A stretch of 64,000 nucleotides of DNA from Macrostomum lignano. Its lineage: Eukaryota. Every line of letters begins with the position of its first letter. The first letter of the stretch is position 1. The notes under the pieces were generated by a model. The model did no database searches and had not been told where the DNA came from. It was given only the letters and a program-made list of their open reading frames with translations. The translations under genes and the position numbers were made by a program. Shown one piece after another: positions 21,901 through 40,129 of this stretch. The stretch lies in assembly GCA_002269645.1 (NCBI GenBank), contig NIVC01001257.1:186001-250000 (forward strand). Direction: 5' to 3'.

Positions 21901-24710
21901 TCGGCGAGGCGAGACTGACTGGGCTTGCTGGATTGGTCCTCCAGCTCATCCGGCTCTTCATCGGCACTCACCAGTCCAATGCGACCCTCCTTAAATAGCT
22001 TCTCAACTTCGCTTGGCCGCAGATCCCGCAATCGCATGAAGATGTCGTAGAGCGACGCTTGCAGCAAGCCGAACGCTGTGATCCAGTTGCTTCGGCGCTC
22101 CAGAGATTGGGCCAACACGAATAGCGAGTTGATCTCCGTGGCCGGCAAGTGAAAAACCAGGCTAGTTGAAAGCCTGTTCTTCACTTTCACTTTGGCGAAT
22201 TCCTGCTGAATCTGCTTGATCAGCAGAGGCACATACGAAGGCTGCTTCAATGTGACGTTGAAGTCGAAGCCGCAGTCGAAGGCGCTCTTCAGGAACAGGG
22301 ACGACCCGGCGCAGAGCACGGATCCGCCCGACAGGAAAATCTTGCGATCCGCCAGCGTGTCGGCTTCGTCCATCGCCTGCGTGCTCAGAATGATTGAGCA
22401 CTTGGTCTTGCACTCCTGCAGCAGTCTCCATATCAGCCTTCTCGATACCGGATCAACACCGTTCGTTGGCTCGTCCAGGAACAGCACCTTGGCGTCGCCA
22501 ATCAGAGCCACAGCGGTGCAAAGCTTTCTTGAGAATCCGCTGCTAAGCTCGGCGACTTTTGAGCCCCGATGACTGCTAAGACGCAGCGCCTTGAAAAGGC
22601 GACTGGCCTCTTCTTCCCAAGTTTCTGGACTGTGGCCGCAGCTAAGCTGTGCCAGCTCGATTGTCTGCCCAACTGTGAGGCTGCTGCACAGCGAGTTCTC
22701 CTGCGGACAGATGCCGATGATGCGGTTCAGCCGCAGCCGGTTGACCCAGTTCTCCATCAGCAGGCCGTTCACGGACACTCTGCCAGACGTTGATTGGTCG
22801 GTACCGTTCAAGATGTTTAGCAGGGTGGTCTTTCCCGAGCCGTTGTGTCCGATGATTGCTGTAATCTGGCCTTCGTAAATATGCGCTGCAAATGGATTAT
22901 ACGAGGAGTTATCGAGGCAATTATAAAAAAATTGCACACCCAACCCTTTTTGAAATTGTTTCTATTGGGAAAATGGTAGTTGACTACCTTACACAAAACA
23001 GGATTTTCAGCGCACGTTAAAACTTTACTTGCCTGAAACGTTGCTCAAAGCTATAACGTCCTCCTTGTCCGTTTTTTGGCAGAATTTCTTCGAATAGACT
23101 CTGCAAAGCTGACTGATTCGAATAATGGGATTGAAGCCGTCCGTCATTGGTTCGAAATTCGGCGTGTCCGGCAGCTCCTCACCTGCCAGGGGATCTTCAA
23201 CCGCAGACTGACTTGGCTCCCGCTGCCCAGCTGTCCAGAAGCGCCGATCCGTGACGTAGCCGTATGGCAGACACATGCCGTTGCCCGAGGGCAGAATAAA
23301 GTCCAGGTACAAAGTCAGCGCGATAGTGGCGATAGTAAATACGATGAGAAACAGTACGATCAGGTAATGATAAGCTGTGACACTGTCTGGCAGAATGACG
23401 GACAGCAAGACGGCTTGAAGAAACTCGCCAACATGCGACAGCGGCATTATGAATAGAAAAGCCACTTTCAGCACCGTTACGTTGTGCAGCAGCAATCGTA
23501 ATATCAGAACAAAGGAACATGAGCACAGGGCAATTAGTGTCATGGTTAGACTGATGTGAAATAGACTTTTCTCTAGCACCGTAAGCAGTAGCGACAACGC
23601 GGCCATGCCACTCAGCTGAAAGAAGACCGCAACGAAGGCCAAAAGCATTGACGAGATGCTGTAGTAGCCTGGGCACTGGAGAAAGATGGACAAGGACAGC
23701 AGAAAGGAGATCAGCAGGACCTCCACGCCTGTCACCGACCAGACCGCAGCCCAGTAGCTTCGAATCGGCAAGCCTTTATGAAACATTATCGCGAGAAAGC
23801 CGTTCCGCTTCAGCTCCACAATGCAGCTGATGGTCCCAACTACAAAGTAGAACATTGTTGAGACGATCACTAATATAGTTTGCAGCATGATGGTCCTTGA
23901 GAACACGAGGTCAAATCTCGTGTGCCTGCCGCACATGGAGCTGGAGTCGCTCCTCAGGGTTCGCTGCGAGTGCGTTACCAGACTGAAAAAGTTCACCTCC
24001 TTAAACCGGTTGCCGCCGTGGTAGAGAACCGGACTTTTGGTAACGGAGACAACGTGACCGAAAAACGGGCAGTGAAGATCGGCCCCGTAGGCCAGTTGAC
24101 ACGTGATGCTGGGGATGGCATCGGGCTCAGCGAAATCGACGTAGGCAGTGTACAAGCTGGTGTTGTAGAGGCCGTACAGCGCATAGAATAAGCTTTTTTT
24201 GCAGGACTCGGTGCCGTTGCACATTCTAATGAGTTTTCCTGCGGCACTGTAGCTGCCCTGGCTTTCCTTGATCATTTCCATCAGTTGAACAAAGTTCAAA
24301 CTGTACTTATGCACCTGCAGCATTACCAAGCTGCTCCAATAAAATTCTGCTGCGTCAATTTTTGACAACGTTTGGGCTAGATTTCCCATCCAACTGTCAA
24401 CAATAGGGAAGATGAAGTAGTTGGAAAATGCGGACACCAGCACAATCACCATCCAGAGAAACTTGATCTTTTTTAGTCGGAGAAGCAGTTTAATTAAATA
24501 AATTGTCCGACTTTGAGTTCGCTCTTGTGCAGTGAGCTTCTGTGCAGTATTTTTATTTCTGGCTTCGTGTTCCGGTGTCTGAACCGAAGTGGAACCGACT
24601 TCCGGCTTGGTTGTCATGACGCTCTCACCGACCACCGCGCACTGTGCAGTCTGGAACAAAAGTGAACCTGGCTTAGGGATTCTAATTTTTCGTTGCTGGG
24701 TGGCATGCAA
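15959..24710 (-). CDS. ABCA-subfamily full transporter, paralog A (~1726 aa). Exons 24710-23033, 22885-20143, 19750-19367, 16334-15959
   Basis: TMD-NBD-TMD-NBD; GHNGSGKT/LDEPTNGVDP and GPNGAGKS/IDEASTG/THSMEEAE; ABCA-type C-terminus (QMSLDQVF). Joined CDS 5181 nt is a multiple of 3. Intron 1 is GC-AG. Start codon uncertain. Confidence 0.9.
16435..17130. repeat. 21-bp minisatellite (GAATTCGGACAGGATAAATGA), left part
   Basis: The same array resumes at 19080-19330 after the Penelope-like insertion. Confidence 0.93.
17519..18531. mobile_element. Internally deleted PIF/Harbinger DNA transposon
   Basis: Perfect 18-bp TIRs GGGCCCGTGCTATAGAAT / ATTCTATAGCACGGGCCC, 3-bp TSD CAG; Myb/SANT-like fragment on + (RKEVLFGAFSTTITKNAKIAMW) and transposase N-terminal fragment on - (SDSESDSDEE..RRRRQFKE, RFRL). 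Confidence 0.88.
18990..19033 (+). ncRNA. Minimal type I hammerhead ribozyme-like motif in the Penelope 3' region
   Basis: CTGACGA (18994) - GTCC/GGAC stem II - GAAA - palindromic TGCA stem III - TC cleavage triplet; stem I only 2 bp. Confidence 0.6.
19080..19330. repeat. 21-bp minisatellite, right part
   Basis: Same unit as 16435-17130. Confidence 0.9.
19880..20120. repeat. 17-bp minisatellite (GAGGGGCGGGTTGTTGT) in ABCA-A intron 2
   Basis: Direct periodicity with degenerate left edge. Confidence 0.9.
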
Positions 24711-25169
24711 CAGATTAATGGGCGTCTGCCTATCGACTCGTATTTCGTAAATTTAGAGGCTGAAAATTATTTACATAAACCTACACAATTTTCAATAGCA
24801 ACATTGAGACCATAGCTGTTGGATATTAATTATATTTACAATGTATATCGCATAACGAACTTACATATTGTTCGGTCTAAGTCCCCGTGTTATTGAATAA
24901 ATTTCGGCATGCAGGTCGAATTCACCTTTTGATCTTATAGAATTGTAGTTTTGATGACCGGCTAAACACGGTACAACCGGATTAAACCATAAACTATGAA
25001 ATTTTTTTGTTTCTAACTTTTGCATGAATATATACATCTTGCACTTTGAATGCACCTTGAATTTTCCTCAATTAAGATTTTAATTGAACGTGCAAAAATT
25101 TTATCAAAACAATGGTACCAGGATTACGCTACATGCATGTTTGTGTGTATTCACGAGTCATATTCCCGG

Positions 25170-25336
25170 ATGAGGGGAGAGGGGAGAGGGGTGAGGGGTG
25201 AGGGGAGAGGGTTGAGGGTTGAGGGTGAGGGTGAGGGTGAGGGTGAGGGGTGAGGGGTGAGGGGTGAGGGGTGAGGGGTGAGGGGTGAGGGGTGAGGGGT
25301 GAGGGGTTAGGCAGACAGACAGACAGACAGACAGAC

Positions 25337-25377
<41 letters not shown>

Positions 25378-25545
25378 CTAAGACACTAAGACACTAAGAC
25401 ACTAAGACACTAAGACACTAAGACACTAAGACGCTAAGACACTAAGACACTAAGACACTAAGACACTAAGACACTAAGACACTAAGGCACTAAGACACTA
25501 AGGCACTAAGGCACTAAGACACTAAGACACTAAGACACTAGGACA
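25170..25545. repeat. Compound microsatellite: (GGGGTGA)n - (CAGA)n - (CACTAAGA)n
   Basis: Three abutting periodicities. Confidence 0.93.
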
Positions 25546-26249
25546 GACATTCTGCAGCTCTCTGCACGGTAACCATGATGAATGACGATGTCGACTCTCA
25601 TTTTGGCTCCCTTCTCATTCTCATTCTCATTCTCACTCTCACTCTCATTTGACTCCCATTGGCTCAATGGGTTAGCACGCTCGTATATTGCTTATTTCTG
25701 AGCTTTCCCCAAGTCCAATCGGAGTTAATAAGCATACGCTCGTAGAATGCCGCCTCCGCCACTGTGACTACTTTCTCGCCAAATCTGTCATTAATGTATA
25801 TCTCCTTGATCGAGTCGTGCTTGCACTGGTCCTGAACGGCATTATTTGCCTATTTTGCCTGGTAGATAGTCTTTATCAAAGCGGCACATCTTCACATTGT
25901 TTGATGTGACAACTCCTATTCGGAGAAGTTTGCTGCTCTCTCTGCAGCAGCCGTACTTGCCCCAGATAATGACGCCTCTCAAGTTTATCGGAGCGTCGAG
26001 TTTGTATTGGAAATAGGATTTATCCACTGGCACCGTGTGGTGCTGTTTGTGCAGCGCCTGTCCGTGGGAATGCATGTTATTGTCCATTCAAGTTTTGCGC
26101 TCGCAGTAGGCCAGCTCACCCGGCAGGCGACTTTCACCTTTCCTGAAATGTCAGTTTTGGAGTCGGGGGTGAGTTTCCAGATGCTTTATACTTAAAAGTG
26201 TTCTTTTGACCTTTCTTTTGAGTTCTAGATTTACTTGAGTTGAGAGAAA

Positions 26250-26590
26250 CAAAAGAAAAAAGAAAGAAATTACGTATTTCGAATACTAATAATAATAATA
26301 ATAGTTTATTACACCTGCCCCAATTGGGCCAGATGTGCAACCGACAGCTCAGCCGCAGCTGAGGCGCATCTAAAGGCTGCGTACGGCTGTTCAGTCCAAG
26401 GACTGGGGGGTCGCCACACACACCCTCAATTACCCCAGCTAATGCTGGCACCCATTTTACAGCTGGGGTGAACTGAAGCAATGCAGAGTTAAGTGGTCTT
26501 GCTCAAGGACACAAATTGTTCCTGTAGGATCGGGAATCGAACCCCCGACCTTCAAGTCGCGAGTCCGACACTCTAACCACTAGGCTACAA
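26250..26590 (-). mobile_element. tRNA-derived SINE with CORE-like central domain and (TAT)n/T-rich tail
   Basis: Minus strand: A box TAGCCTAGTGG, B box GGTTCGATTCC, then TCCTTGAGCAAG..CACTTAAC..TCAGTT..CTGTAAAATGGG resembling the MIR CORE; copies at ~47840 and ~52340. Confidence 0.85.
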
Positions 26591-26969
26591 CCTAGAATAA
26601 ACCCGGAATATTGCCATCTAGATTTTTAGCGGTAAAAAGGGTTTTACAAGCTTGACGTAGCAAATAAAGAGAACTGCCGGGAGCTCACTGGAGCAGCGGT
26701 TCTCCGCTAGAAATAGGAAAGAGAAGTTCATTTATTTTGAACTTTTCAACGGCAAAGTTCCAGTGCAGCATTCCAAGCACTCATAATTTTTTATTATCCT
26801 ACTTTTTTAGAAAACTCCTACAGAAAGAATAGGAATCGAAATTTTATGCGAGAAAGTTGTAAGTTCAGCTACATTCCATTCCGCACATTAAAAGCTAGTT
26901 TCAAGTCAAAGGAATGCAAAAAACACGAATTAGAAGATTTTGAAATACAATGCTTGAGCTGAACGAAGC

Positions 26970-27945
26970 TCACCCACCTCACTCCTTACCCACCTCACTC
27001 CTTACCCACCTCACTCCTTACCCACCTCACTCCTTACCCACCTCACTCCTTACCCACCTCACTCCTTACGCACCTCACTCCTTACGCACCTCACTCCTTA
27101 CCCACCTCACTCCTTATCCACCTCACTCCTTACGCACCTCACTCCTTACCCACCTCACTCCTTACCCACCTCACTCCTTACCCACCTCACTCCTTACGCA
27201 CCTCACTCCTTACCCACCTCACTCCTTATCCACCTCACTCCTTACGCACCTCACTCCTTACCCACCTCACTCCTTACCCACCTCACTCCTTACCCACCTC
27301 ACTCCTTACGCACCTCACTCCTTACCCACCTCACTCCTTACGCACCTCACTCCTTACCCACCTCACTCCTTACGCACCTCACTCCTTACCCACCTCACTC
27401 CTTATCCACCTCACTCCTTACGCACCTCACTCCTTACTCACCTCACTCCTTACCCACCTCACTCTGCACCTACCTCACACCTCACTCCTTACCCACCTCA
27501 CTCCTTACGCACCTCGCTCCTTGCGCACCTCACTCCTTACCCACCTCACTCCTTACCCACCTCACTCCTTACCCACCTCACTCCTTACCCACCTCACTCC
27601 TTACCCACCTCACTCCTTACCCACCTCACTCCTTACCCACCTCACTCCTTACGCACCTCACTCCTTACCCACCTCACTCCTTACGCACCTCACTCCTTAC
27701 CCACCTCACTCCTTACGCACCTCACTCCTTACCCACCTCACTCCTTACCCACCTCACTCCTTACCCACCTCACTCCTTACCCACCTCACTCCTTACGCAC
27801 CTCACTCCTTACCCACCTCACTCCTTACCCACCTCACTCCTTACCCACCTCACTCCTTACCCACCTCACTCCTTACGCACCTCACTCCTTACCCACCTCA
27901 CTCCTTACGCACCTTACTCCTTACCCACCTCACTCCTTACCCACA
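26970..27945. repeat. 16-bp minisatellite (CCACCTCACTCCTTAC), ~60 copies
   Basis: Direct periodicity; explains the 380-aa ORF. Confidence 0.95.
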
Positions 27946-29461
27946 GTCTATATAACCGATAACAGACAACCGTCTCTCCTAAAATTCTTTACATTCAGAA
28001 GCGTCAGAGATCTTCTACTTCAGTTAAATACGAGCGTATGGATGCCGAAGTTTTCGAAGAAACGTTTTGACAGTTCAGGTGGGTTCGAATAAAAAATGAA
28101 ATATTTTTGTAAACCTAATTATGAAAAACGCATAGTTCTGTTCCCCATTTGAAATACGATTCAATATTCGTAAATTCATGAGTGAAGTACTTTTCAATAA
28201 ATGAACACGTAAAAAAAGATAGCTAGATTTCAAATGAACCGTATAGACAGTCTCTGACTGTTTTTACCCCGGCTGCCTTCTGGCGGTATTTCTCGGGTTG
28301 CGCGCAATCCAATTGACCTGCCCCTCGGGTGGCTCAATTTCTAAGTGTCCTTACCGGAAGTGATGTACATTGTACCCTGCCTTGGTACCTGGAGTGATTG
28401 TGATTCTGGACTGCAGTGTGGCTAGAACGGGACTTGAGCCCCCTGGTTGTACCCGCCCTGCAGGAAAGACGACCATTCACAAAAGTGTACGGTAGAGCCC
28501 AGCTGATGCCAGCCCTGAGGCTGAGCCCCAGAATAAGGGTTCAGGCGCTCCTCCCAATTCTTTTTATCCCTTTGTGCTTTTAGATTTGTGTTTTCTCAGC
28601 CGTTCAATCTTTGGAGTTATGAGCTCTGCCCTTCCTGGTTCCATCTTGCTTGCCTCGTTCCATCTGCTGGCTCCTTTGGTTGTCTCCCTGCTTATTGTGT
28701 CTTGGCGCTCATCTCTGACAGTGGATTGGAGTCCTGGGGTTGATGCTCGTCCCGAATCGGGGAAAACTGGCTGAGTCCCGGTGGTCCCTTTTGCTCATTG
28801 GTGCCCCTTCTCCAACCCCTTGGCCTAGGCTTATCTGAGCTGCATGGATAGCGAAAAAGCCTTGAGGCTTGCAGACCTATAGGTAGCTGGGCTTCCTGCC
28901 TGATAGGTCAGACAGACAGACTCGCCCTTGGTAAAGATAGCTGCCCAGACTCGCAAATTTTCCAAAACTTTTTGTCGTTGGGGGTGGCTTGGGAGAATCA
29001 GTCCTTGCACCGTCCTCCTGATTCCACTGTGGGTTGGCGGTGTCTTAGTCCATAGGCTTGGGTTAGTAGCATCAATAAGGCAAGGCCATGAGTCTTAGTC
29101 CCAATCTGGGCCTCTCGGGCTTCGCCCCCTGGTAGAATGGTCTCTATTATATCCTGCGGAAGATCCCCTCCGCGGTAGGGACACGCCTCCCACCCCTGTT
29201 TAACAACAAACGATCATCTTGAAATTTACAAATCCGTGCAATATGAACTAATTTTTGTGATAAATTTGAACTAAATTTGAGTTTTAATCAGTACTGTAAA
29301 TGCTTATAATTTTATTGGATTTTTATCGAGATACAAAAACTATAAACTAAGAGTTTTTACGCGTCATTTTTATTTGTTATAAATATAATAAATACTTTTT
29401 CTGTACTAGCTACGTAAATAATATTTTCCGGATTTAAAATTTCACGCTCAGCACCGTCACG

Positions 29462-35058
<5,597 letters not shown>

Positions 35059-36344
35059 AGTCGTTCATTGGCCTGTCCAAATAAGCTTTCGCGGCTTAAA
35101 ACCTACAGTCAAAAGTGCATTTTTACGCCTTCGATTTTCCGTTTCAGTGAGAAGTTGTCAAGCACTTTCAATCACGACAAGAAGTCCAAACTTACATTTC
35201 AAGCTTCGGAAGCGTTCTGAGGCCTTCTGTTTAAAGCAACATTTTGATTGAGTCGGGGTTAATTGAAAATTCACGTTAACTTGTGAACGTCAAGTATATC
35301 TAGAATTGTATAGATAATATTAGTGCTGCATTCCCATGTGCACGTTTGATAGGCCAGACAAATAGCCTTAGACAAAACTGGGCTGAGGAACTTTAGTTCA
35401 GTGCAATATTGGATGTTTATATATTATTTAAAACTAGTTTACCACTGCCATTTTGAAGCATTTTCAAGCTACAGATTGAGCTTTGACACGAGACGAACGC
35501 AACAAAAGGTTTCTGGGTGTTGTAAACTAAATGTGTATTGTACAGCTGTTTTCCGGCGGAGTCCCCTTCACTGTAACTACTATTCAACTTTTAATGGATC
35601 GGTTAGGTAGAGGTAGAGTCGGTATGGAGCTGTAGGCTGAGATATGAGAAGTAGTATGAGATTGGATAAGAGTGAAAGTGAGATAGGGTTATATTAAGGG
35701 TGAACGTGAGGTGAGATAGGTACTATATTCCTGTAAGGCAATATTCAGAGTGATGAATGAAAAATAGTATTACTACTTATAGTAGCATCCTTTGAACGAA
35801 AAAGTGAATTTATATTCCAACCGAAATTTACACTGCTATGCGTTCATAAAGCCTACAATAGAAGGTTTAAGGAGTCGGAATTACTTATTTAGTTAGTTAG
35901 TTAGTTTAAGGAGTCGAATATAACTAAACCTGCTTCCATCGGTACTTGTGTATTTCGTCAATTAGTGGCGAGTTCAGTCATAAGCAATGAGCTACATAGT
36001 GAACATTGTAGTGACATTTTCAGTTTGGCTATCTTTCGTTCTTTTAATGACGCTTTGAGGAAAAATTTTTGTTTATCGTTGTTAATTTCACGGTCGGAGC
36101 ACGAAGGAAGACAAGACGTGAACATCAACATGGTGGAGTGAGGCAAGTGATCAAAGAGCCCCATAGAGTTACGACAGTTAATATGAATTTATTTCGACGC
36201 GAGAATACTAAAAAGAAATCAATGAAATTAAGGAATAGGAGTAGCAATTATATGAAATGGGATAGACGAGAGCAACAAAAGACAAAAACTGACTCCGCGC
36301 AAAAAGACAATTAAAGCAAGCTAAATCAACGCGAGAAAGCCTTA

Positions 36345-36470
36345 AAACCAGATTGGGGTAGGTGGGTGCGCACGGGGTAGAGAAACGAAGAGGGAGGGAG
36401 GGAGGTGGGTGCGCACGGGGTAGAGAAACGAAGAGGGAGGGAGGGAGGTGGGTGCGCACGGGGTAGGGAG
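36345..36470. repeat. ~44-bp tandem repeat x3 (GGTGGGTGCGCACGGGGTAGAGAAACGAAGAGGGAGGGAGGGA)
   Basis: Direct repeats. Confidence 0.8.
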
Positions 36471-36808
36471 ACGGAGTGGGAGGGGTGCGACGAAGAGAGA
36501 GAAAGTACACAGAGAGTACAAAGTAGACAAAGCAAGGAAGAGAGCTATCAAACAGGGCAGTGCCCGACCAGTCAATTGCCACCACCACGAAAGGGACAGG
36601 CTTACAGATGAAAAATATTTTGCAGCTGATTTTCATCAAAAAATCGATTTTTAAAAGTCATGTACTCGTACTTGCAATTCGTTTGACTGAAAATTGATTC
36701 CAAATTTCAAGGTTTAAAGCTTGCTGGCAATTACATGTAGAGGTTGTTTAACATTGCCCCGTTTTGATGCGAGTATGAAATCAATTTATTCTACCAATTA
36801 AAATTGAG

Positions 36809-36890
36809 GAGAGCCGTAGCCTAGTGGTCTAGCACGGCTCTCTTATTCGCCTGCGGCCCAGACTCGATCCCAAATGCAGTCACATTAATT
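36809..36890 (+). other. tRNA-like Pol III promoter remnant (A box inside a 9-bp hairpin), probable SINE head
   Basis: GAGAGCCGT-AGCCTAGTGGTCTAGC-ACGGCTCTC then B-box-like GACTCGATCCC. Confidence 0.4.
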
Positions 36891-37155
36891 TGGGGCTAAA
36901 TTGGAATCTCGGCTTGGGTCTGCTCGTGCAATTAACGCCCTTGAAGGCCAACCCCCTAGGCTGCTGTACTCTCCTGTGTGAGTGTGTTCCTGTGCGTATG
37001 ACTGCGTACGTATCCGCGCGCTTGTGTGCCTTCTCAGGGGAGTCGGCGGAATATGCAGCAATGCCTCTCGCCGGTTGTGCGACAATGTCGCTTAAAGTGC
37101 ACCAGGGTGCACGCAGCCCCTGCCTCTAATAAAAATTCTACAGAAAACAGTTCGA

Positions 37156-39054
37156 TCACACTTCGCTAGATACCATCTCAACAATCTCTGCTTCGCCGTC
37201 AGCCCGGTGGTTCCGGCCACAGCCCCACCGCATCATCGCCGGCTCCGCAAGCTTCAGAACTGGTCGCAGGAAAATCTGTCCGATTTCCTTTCGAAACGGC
37301 GGCGACGCCAACGCCAAAAGCGCGGCTCGACCGCACAGCCAGACTAGCCGGGCCAGCCAGCAGCTCGTGTCGACGCTAAAATAAAACACCTGCTGGTTTT
37401 TTCGATCTGCCCAGCCCAGGTGCGCTTGCCGATTGTCCAACAGTCGGCGGAGACTCTGCGGCGGCAGAATGTGGTGCCGGAGCGTGTGCTCGGCGCTTGA
37501 CCACAGGCGGTAGGCATGGAATGCGACTTCGGGTAAGCAGAGCGGCAGCCAGCCCACTGAGGCCAGCAGTGCCGCCAGTCGCAGCTCTTCCTTGACAGCC
37601 GCGTCGCTAGCTCCTCGCGCCGTCGCGTGATGTCGTCGTCGAATGCGCAGACAGAGAACGCCGGCGCCGCAGCAGATAGCCGCGACAGTTGGCAGAAAGT
37701 CGCCGAGAAAGAAGTCAAGTCCCGGCCAGACCAGCGATCGATAGACGAGCGACACCCACTTGTCCGAGAAGCCGCAGTGGTAGCCCCGGTTTCCTGCCGG
37801 GCTGTCCCCATCCGTGCGCGACAAGCTGAACGTCCAGAGAAACTGGCAGTTGACGCTGAGCAGGATGGCGCAGAACAGGGCGCAGCTGTTGAACACTCTA
37901 TCCCGGGTTAGTCGGCTGTAAGCTTGCGCAGGCCGACTGTAGAGCTGCAGAGTGTCCACTGCGGCGGCTACACAGCAGAACTGGCGCAACTGGTGCGCAA
38001 AATTGTACACCATCGGATAAACCTGGCAGCAGGTCTGGCAGGCAAACATCAGCATAAACGTCACTTCGGTGCTGGAGACCGCGCGTAGCCAGAGATCTCC
38101 AGCTCGGATGAGCAGCTCCAGAACGTCAACGCAGGACACTACGGCGAGATAACAGCAGACTGGCAGATTGCGACGGCCGAGGCGGGTGAAGGCGAGCGCG
38201 GTGGCTGCGCAGCCGAATCCTCCAATCACGATGACGAATGGCAGGCCGACGGCGAACGGTCGACGCCAGTGAGCTGGGATATCTTCTCGGCCTCTGTAAA
38301 CGGAGCAGTCCGGCTGTTCTTCATCGGATTTCTGCGGCGGTGGCTGCTGCGGACGCTGCTGTCGACTTCCGTCGGAGACCGGCTCATGCTCATCGTCCTC
38401 CGTCGATTCCACCAGCGGCGGAAGGCCGCGAAAAGTGCGCGTGGCAGCGGAGCCGTTAAAGCTGCTTACTAACTTAAAGTCTGCCTCAGCGAAGTTACCT
38501 GACGACAAGGCGCCGGCCTGTTGAGAAACTTCGCCGACTCCGCTTGAGACTGTGGGTGAATTTATGGAATTAGTAAGATACGAGTATTTGAAATATTAAG
38601 TTTCGGCTACATGAAGTTTCGGCTATGGATTTTCTACTCCGATTTGAGGCATCCAAAATCAGACGATCATCTCACAGTCAAGCGTCTCAAAGAAGCTGGC
38701 ATCCAGGCCAGCCTTCCTGAGATTGTCCTCCAGTTTTGCCGCGTCGTTGACACTGTTGGCTTTGTCCGCAGCGTGCGTGTCGATCCAGAACAGGCAGGCG
38801 TAGCCGCTGAGCCGGTTGCCGCAGAACTGCGTCACGTCCAGGTCGAAGCAGCCGTGACGAAGCACCCGGAAGACGCTGACGTTGGGGAATTGACGGGTTC
38901 GACCTTCGATCTCCAGGTCGGGCGGCAGGCGCGAGTGCTCGCGGAGCCAACTGTGCTTAAAGGGATTCGAGCTGCCGACCTCCCTATTGATGGCAAGAAC
39001 GGAGGGGGTCGCTACGAGTTGCAGAAAAATCAGGCTTAGTATGGAGCCGTCCAT
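37156..39054 (-). CDS. Rhodopsin-type (class A) orphan/peptide-like GPCR with signal peptide and long ectodomain (~590 aa). Exons 39054-38676 and 38549-37156
   Basis: 7 hydrophobic segments with TM2 LAVVSCVD, TM3 Cys and a degenerate DRY (DTL); a 126-nt GT-AG intron joins the 131-aa signal-peptide ORF in frame to the 450-aa 7TM ORF (1773 nt). Confidence 0.82.
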
Positions 39055-40000
39055 GTTCTCAGTGTTGCCTGCTGTCAGGGAGGAGTTTTGACGATGCCGT
39101 TTTTATAGCGATGCGCCTCAGCCAATGCCGACGGGGCGGCATCGGATAAAAGCTGAGCAGGCTGATGGAGCCCGCATCTGCTCAGAATTCCAATGAGACA
39201 GCATGCGCCTAATCAAGCTAAGACAAGGGATTCTAGAATTGGGACCTGGGTAGGCAACGCTATACCCACCAAACCCTGTGAAAAAAACATAGCAACACTA
39301 TGAAAGTTAGTTCTGTCCTAAGGAAAGTTATGATAATTTTAGCGAAACTTTAGCGAATCTGTTCTGCGTAAATTGAACAGACTAATTGCAGTCAGCCTCA
39401 ATCGGTCCGCGAATGAGGGTTTGGGTGTCGCGTTGACACACCACATTTTGGCCCTCGCACTCCTGATTCGACTCAAGATCCAATTGAGAAACAAATAAAA
39501 AAGCTAAAAATTTTCTATATTTGAGATTTATTTTTGAACTTGAATGTTTTATTTAATTTTTCATTAGCTTAATTACCTTTGATATTCACTGCAGTGAAAA
39601 TCCGGTGATTCGCCTCTTTAGGTATGAGGTAGAGTTTGATATTTAGGTAATTCGTCATTATTATTAAATTTCGGCTGATTAGCTGCCTGTAGTTTTAATA
39701 ATGATCTGCAATGCCGAATTGATGCATTCTCACACCGAAAAATGCGCCATCGCTGTCCATATATCTGTTCGTCAGCTCAAGGTTGGTCTCAAATCTTGAA
39801 TAATCCACAAGCCCGCGTTCACTTGGTAGCAGAGAGAAATTTTATTGGGTTTCGCCGCTCTGTCCTAATTTTATTAGCATTATTGATATAATATGTCTTT
39901 TCCGTGAATCAATAATCAATGTGGCATTCCATATTCAGTTATAATTGGATTTTTTCGTTACCTTCTTCATTCATATAGGATATAGAAATGCTGCGCTTAC

Positions 40001-40129
40001 ATGTGTAAGATGAATGATCTACTAAAAAAGCAAAGGCATCAAAAATCCTGATTGGTTTTTGCATCAGAGACCGCGACACCTGCGCGCGGTGCCTCCGAGC
40101 CTGAGGCACAGCCTGAGGCATAACCCAGC
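40001..40129 (-). other. Candidate 129-nt upstream exon (TTTCAG| ... |GTAAGC), possibly of the GPCR transcript
   Basis: Good acceptor and donor, GC-rich island in AT-rich DNA, symmetric phase-1 open frame. Confidence 0.4.

Noticed and set aside
25700-26200. Coding-looking fragments on the minus strand
   Set aside because: Short, interrupted frames without recognisable homology.
26520-26590. Functional tRNA genes (also 45681-45740, 52607-52680)
   Set aside because: No proper acceptor stem or cloverleaf; attached to SINE bodies.
28330-29200. GC-richer segment resembling a decayed non-LTR retrotransposon 5' region
   Set aside because: No open frame or recognisable domain motif could be established by eye.
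35930-36606. Possible solo LTR (minus strand begins TGTAAG, internal tandem repeats)
   Set aside because: No matching CA end with a target-site duplication found.
38659-39054. Stand-alone secreted peptide gene next to a GPCR (ligand-receptor pair)
   Set aside because: A canonical intron fuses it in frame to the receptor; retained only as a possible isoform.
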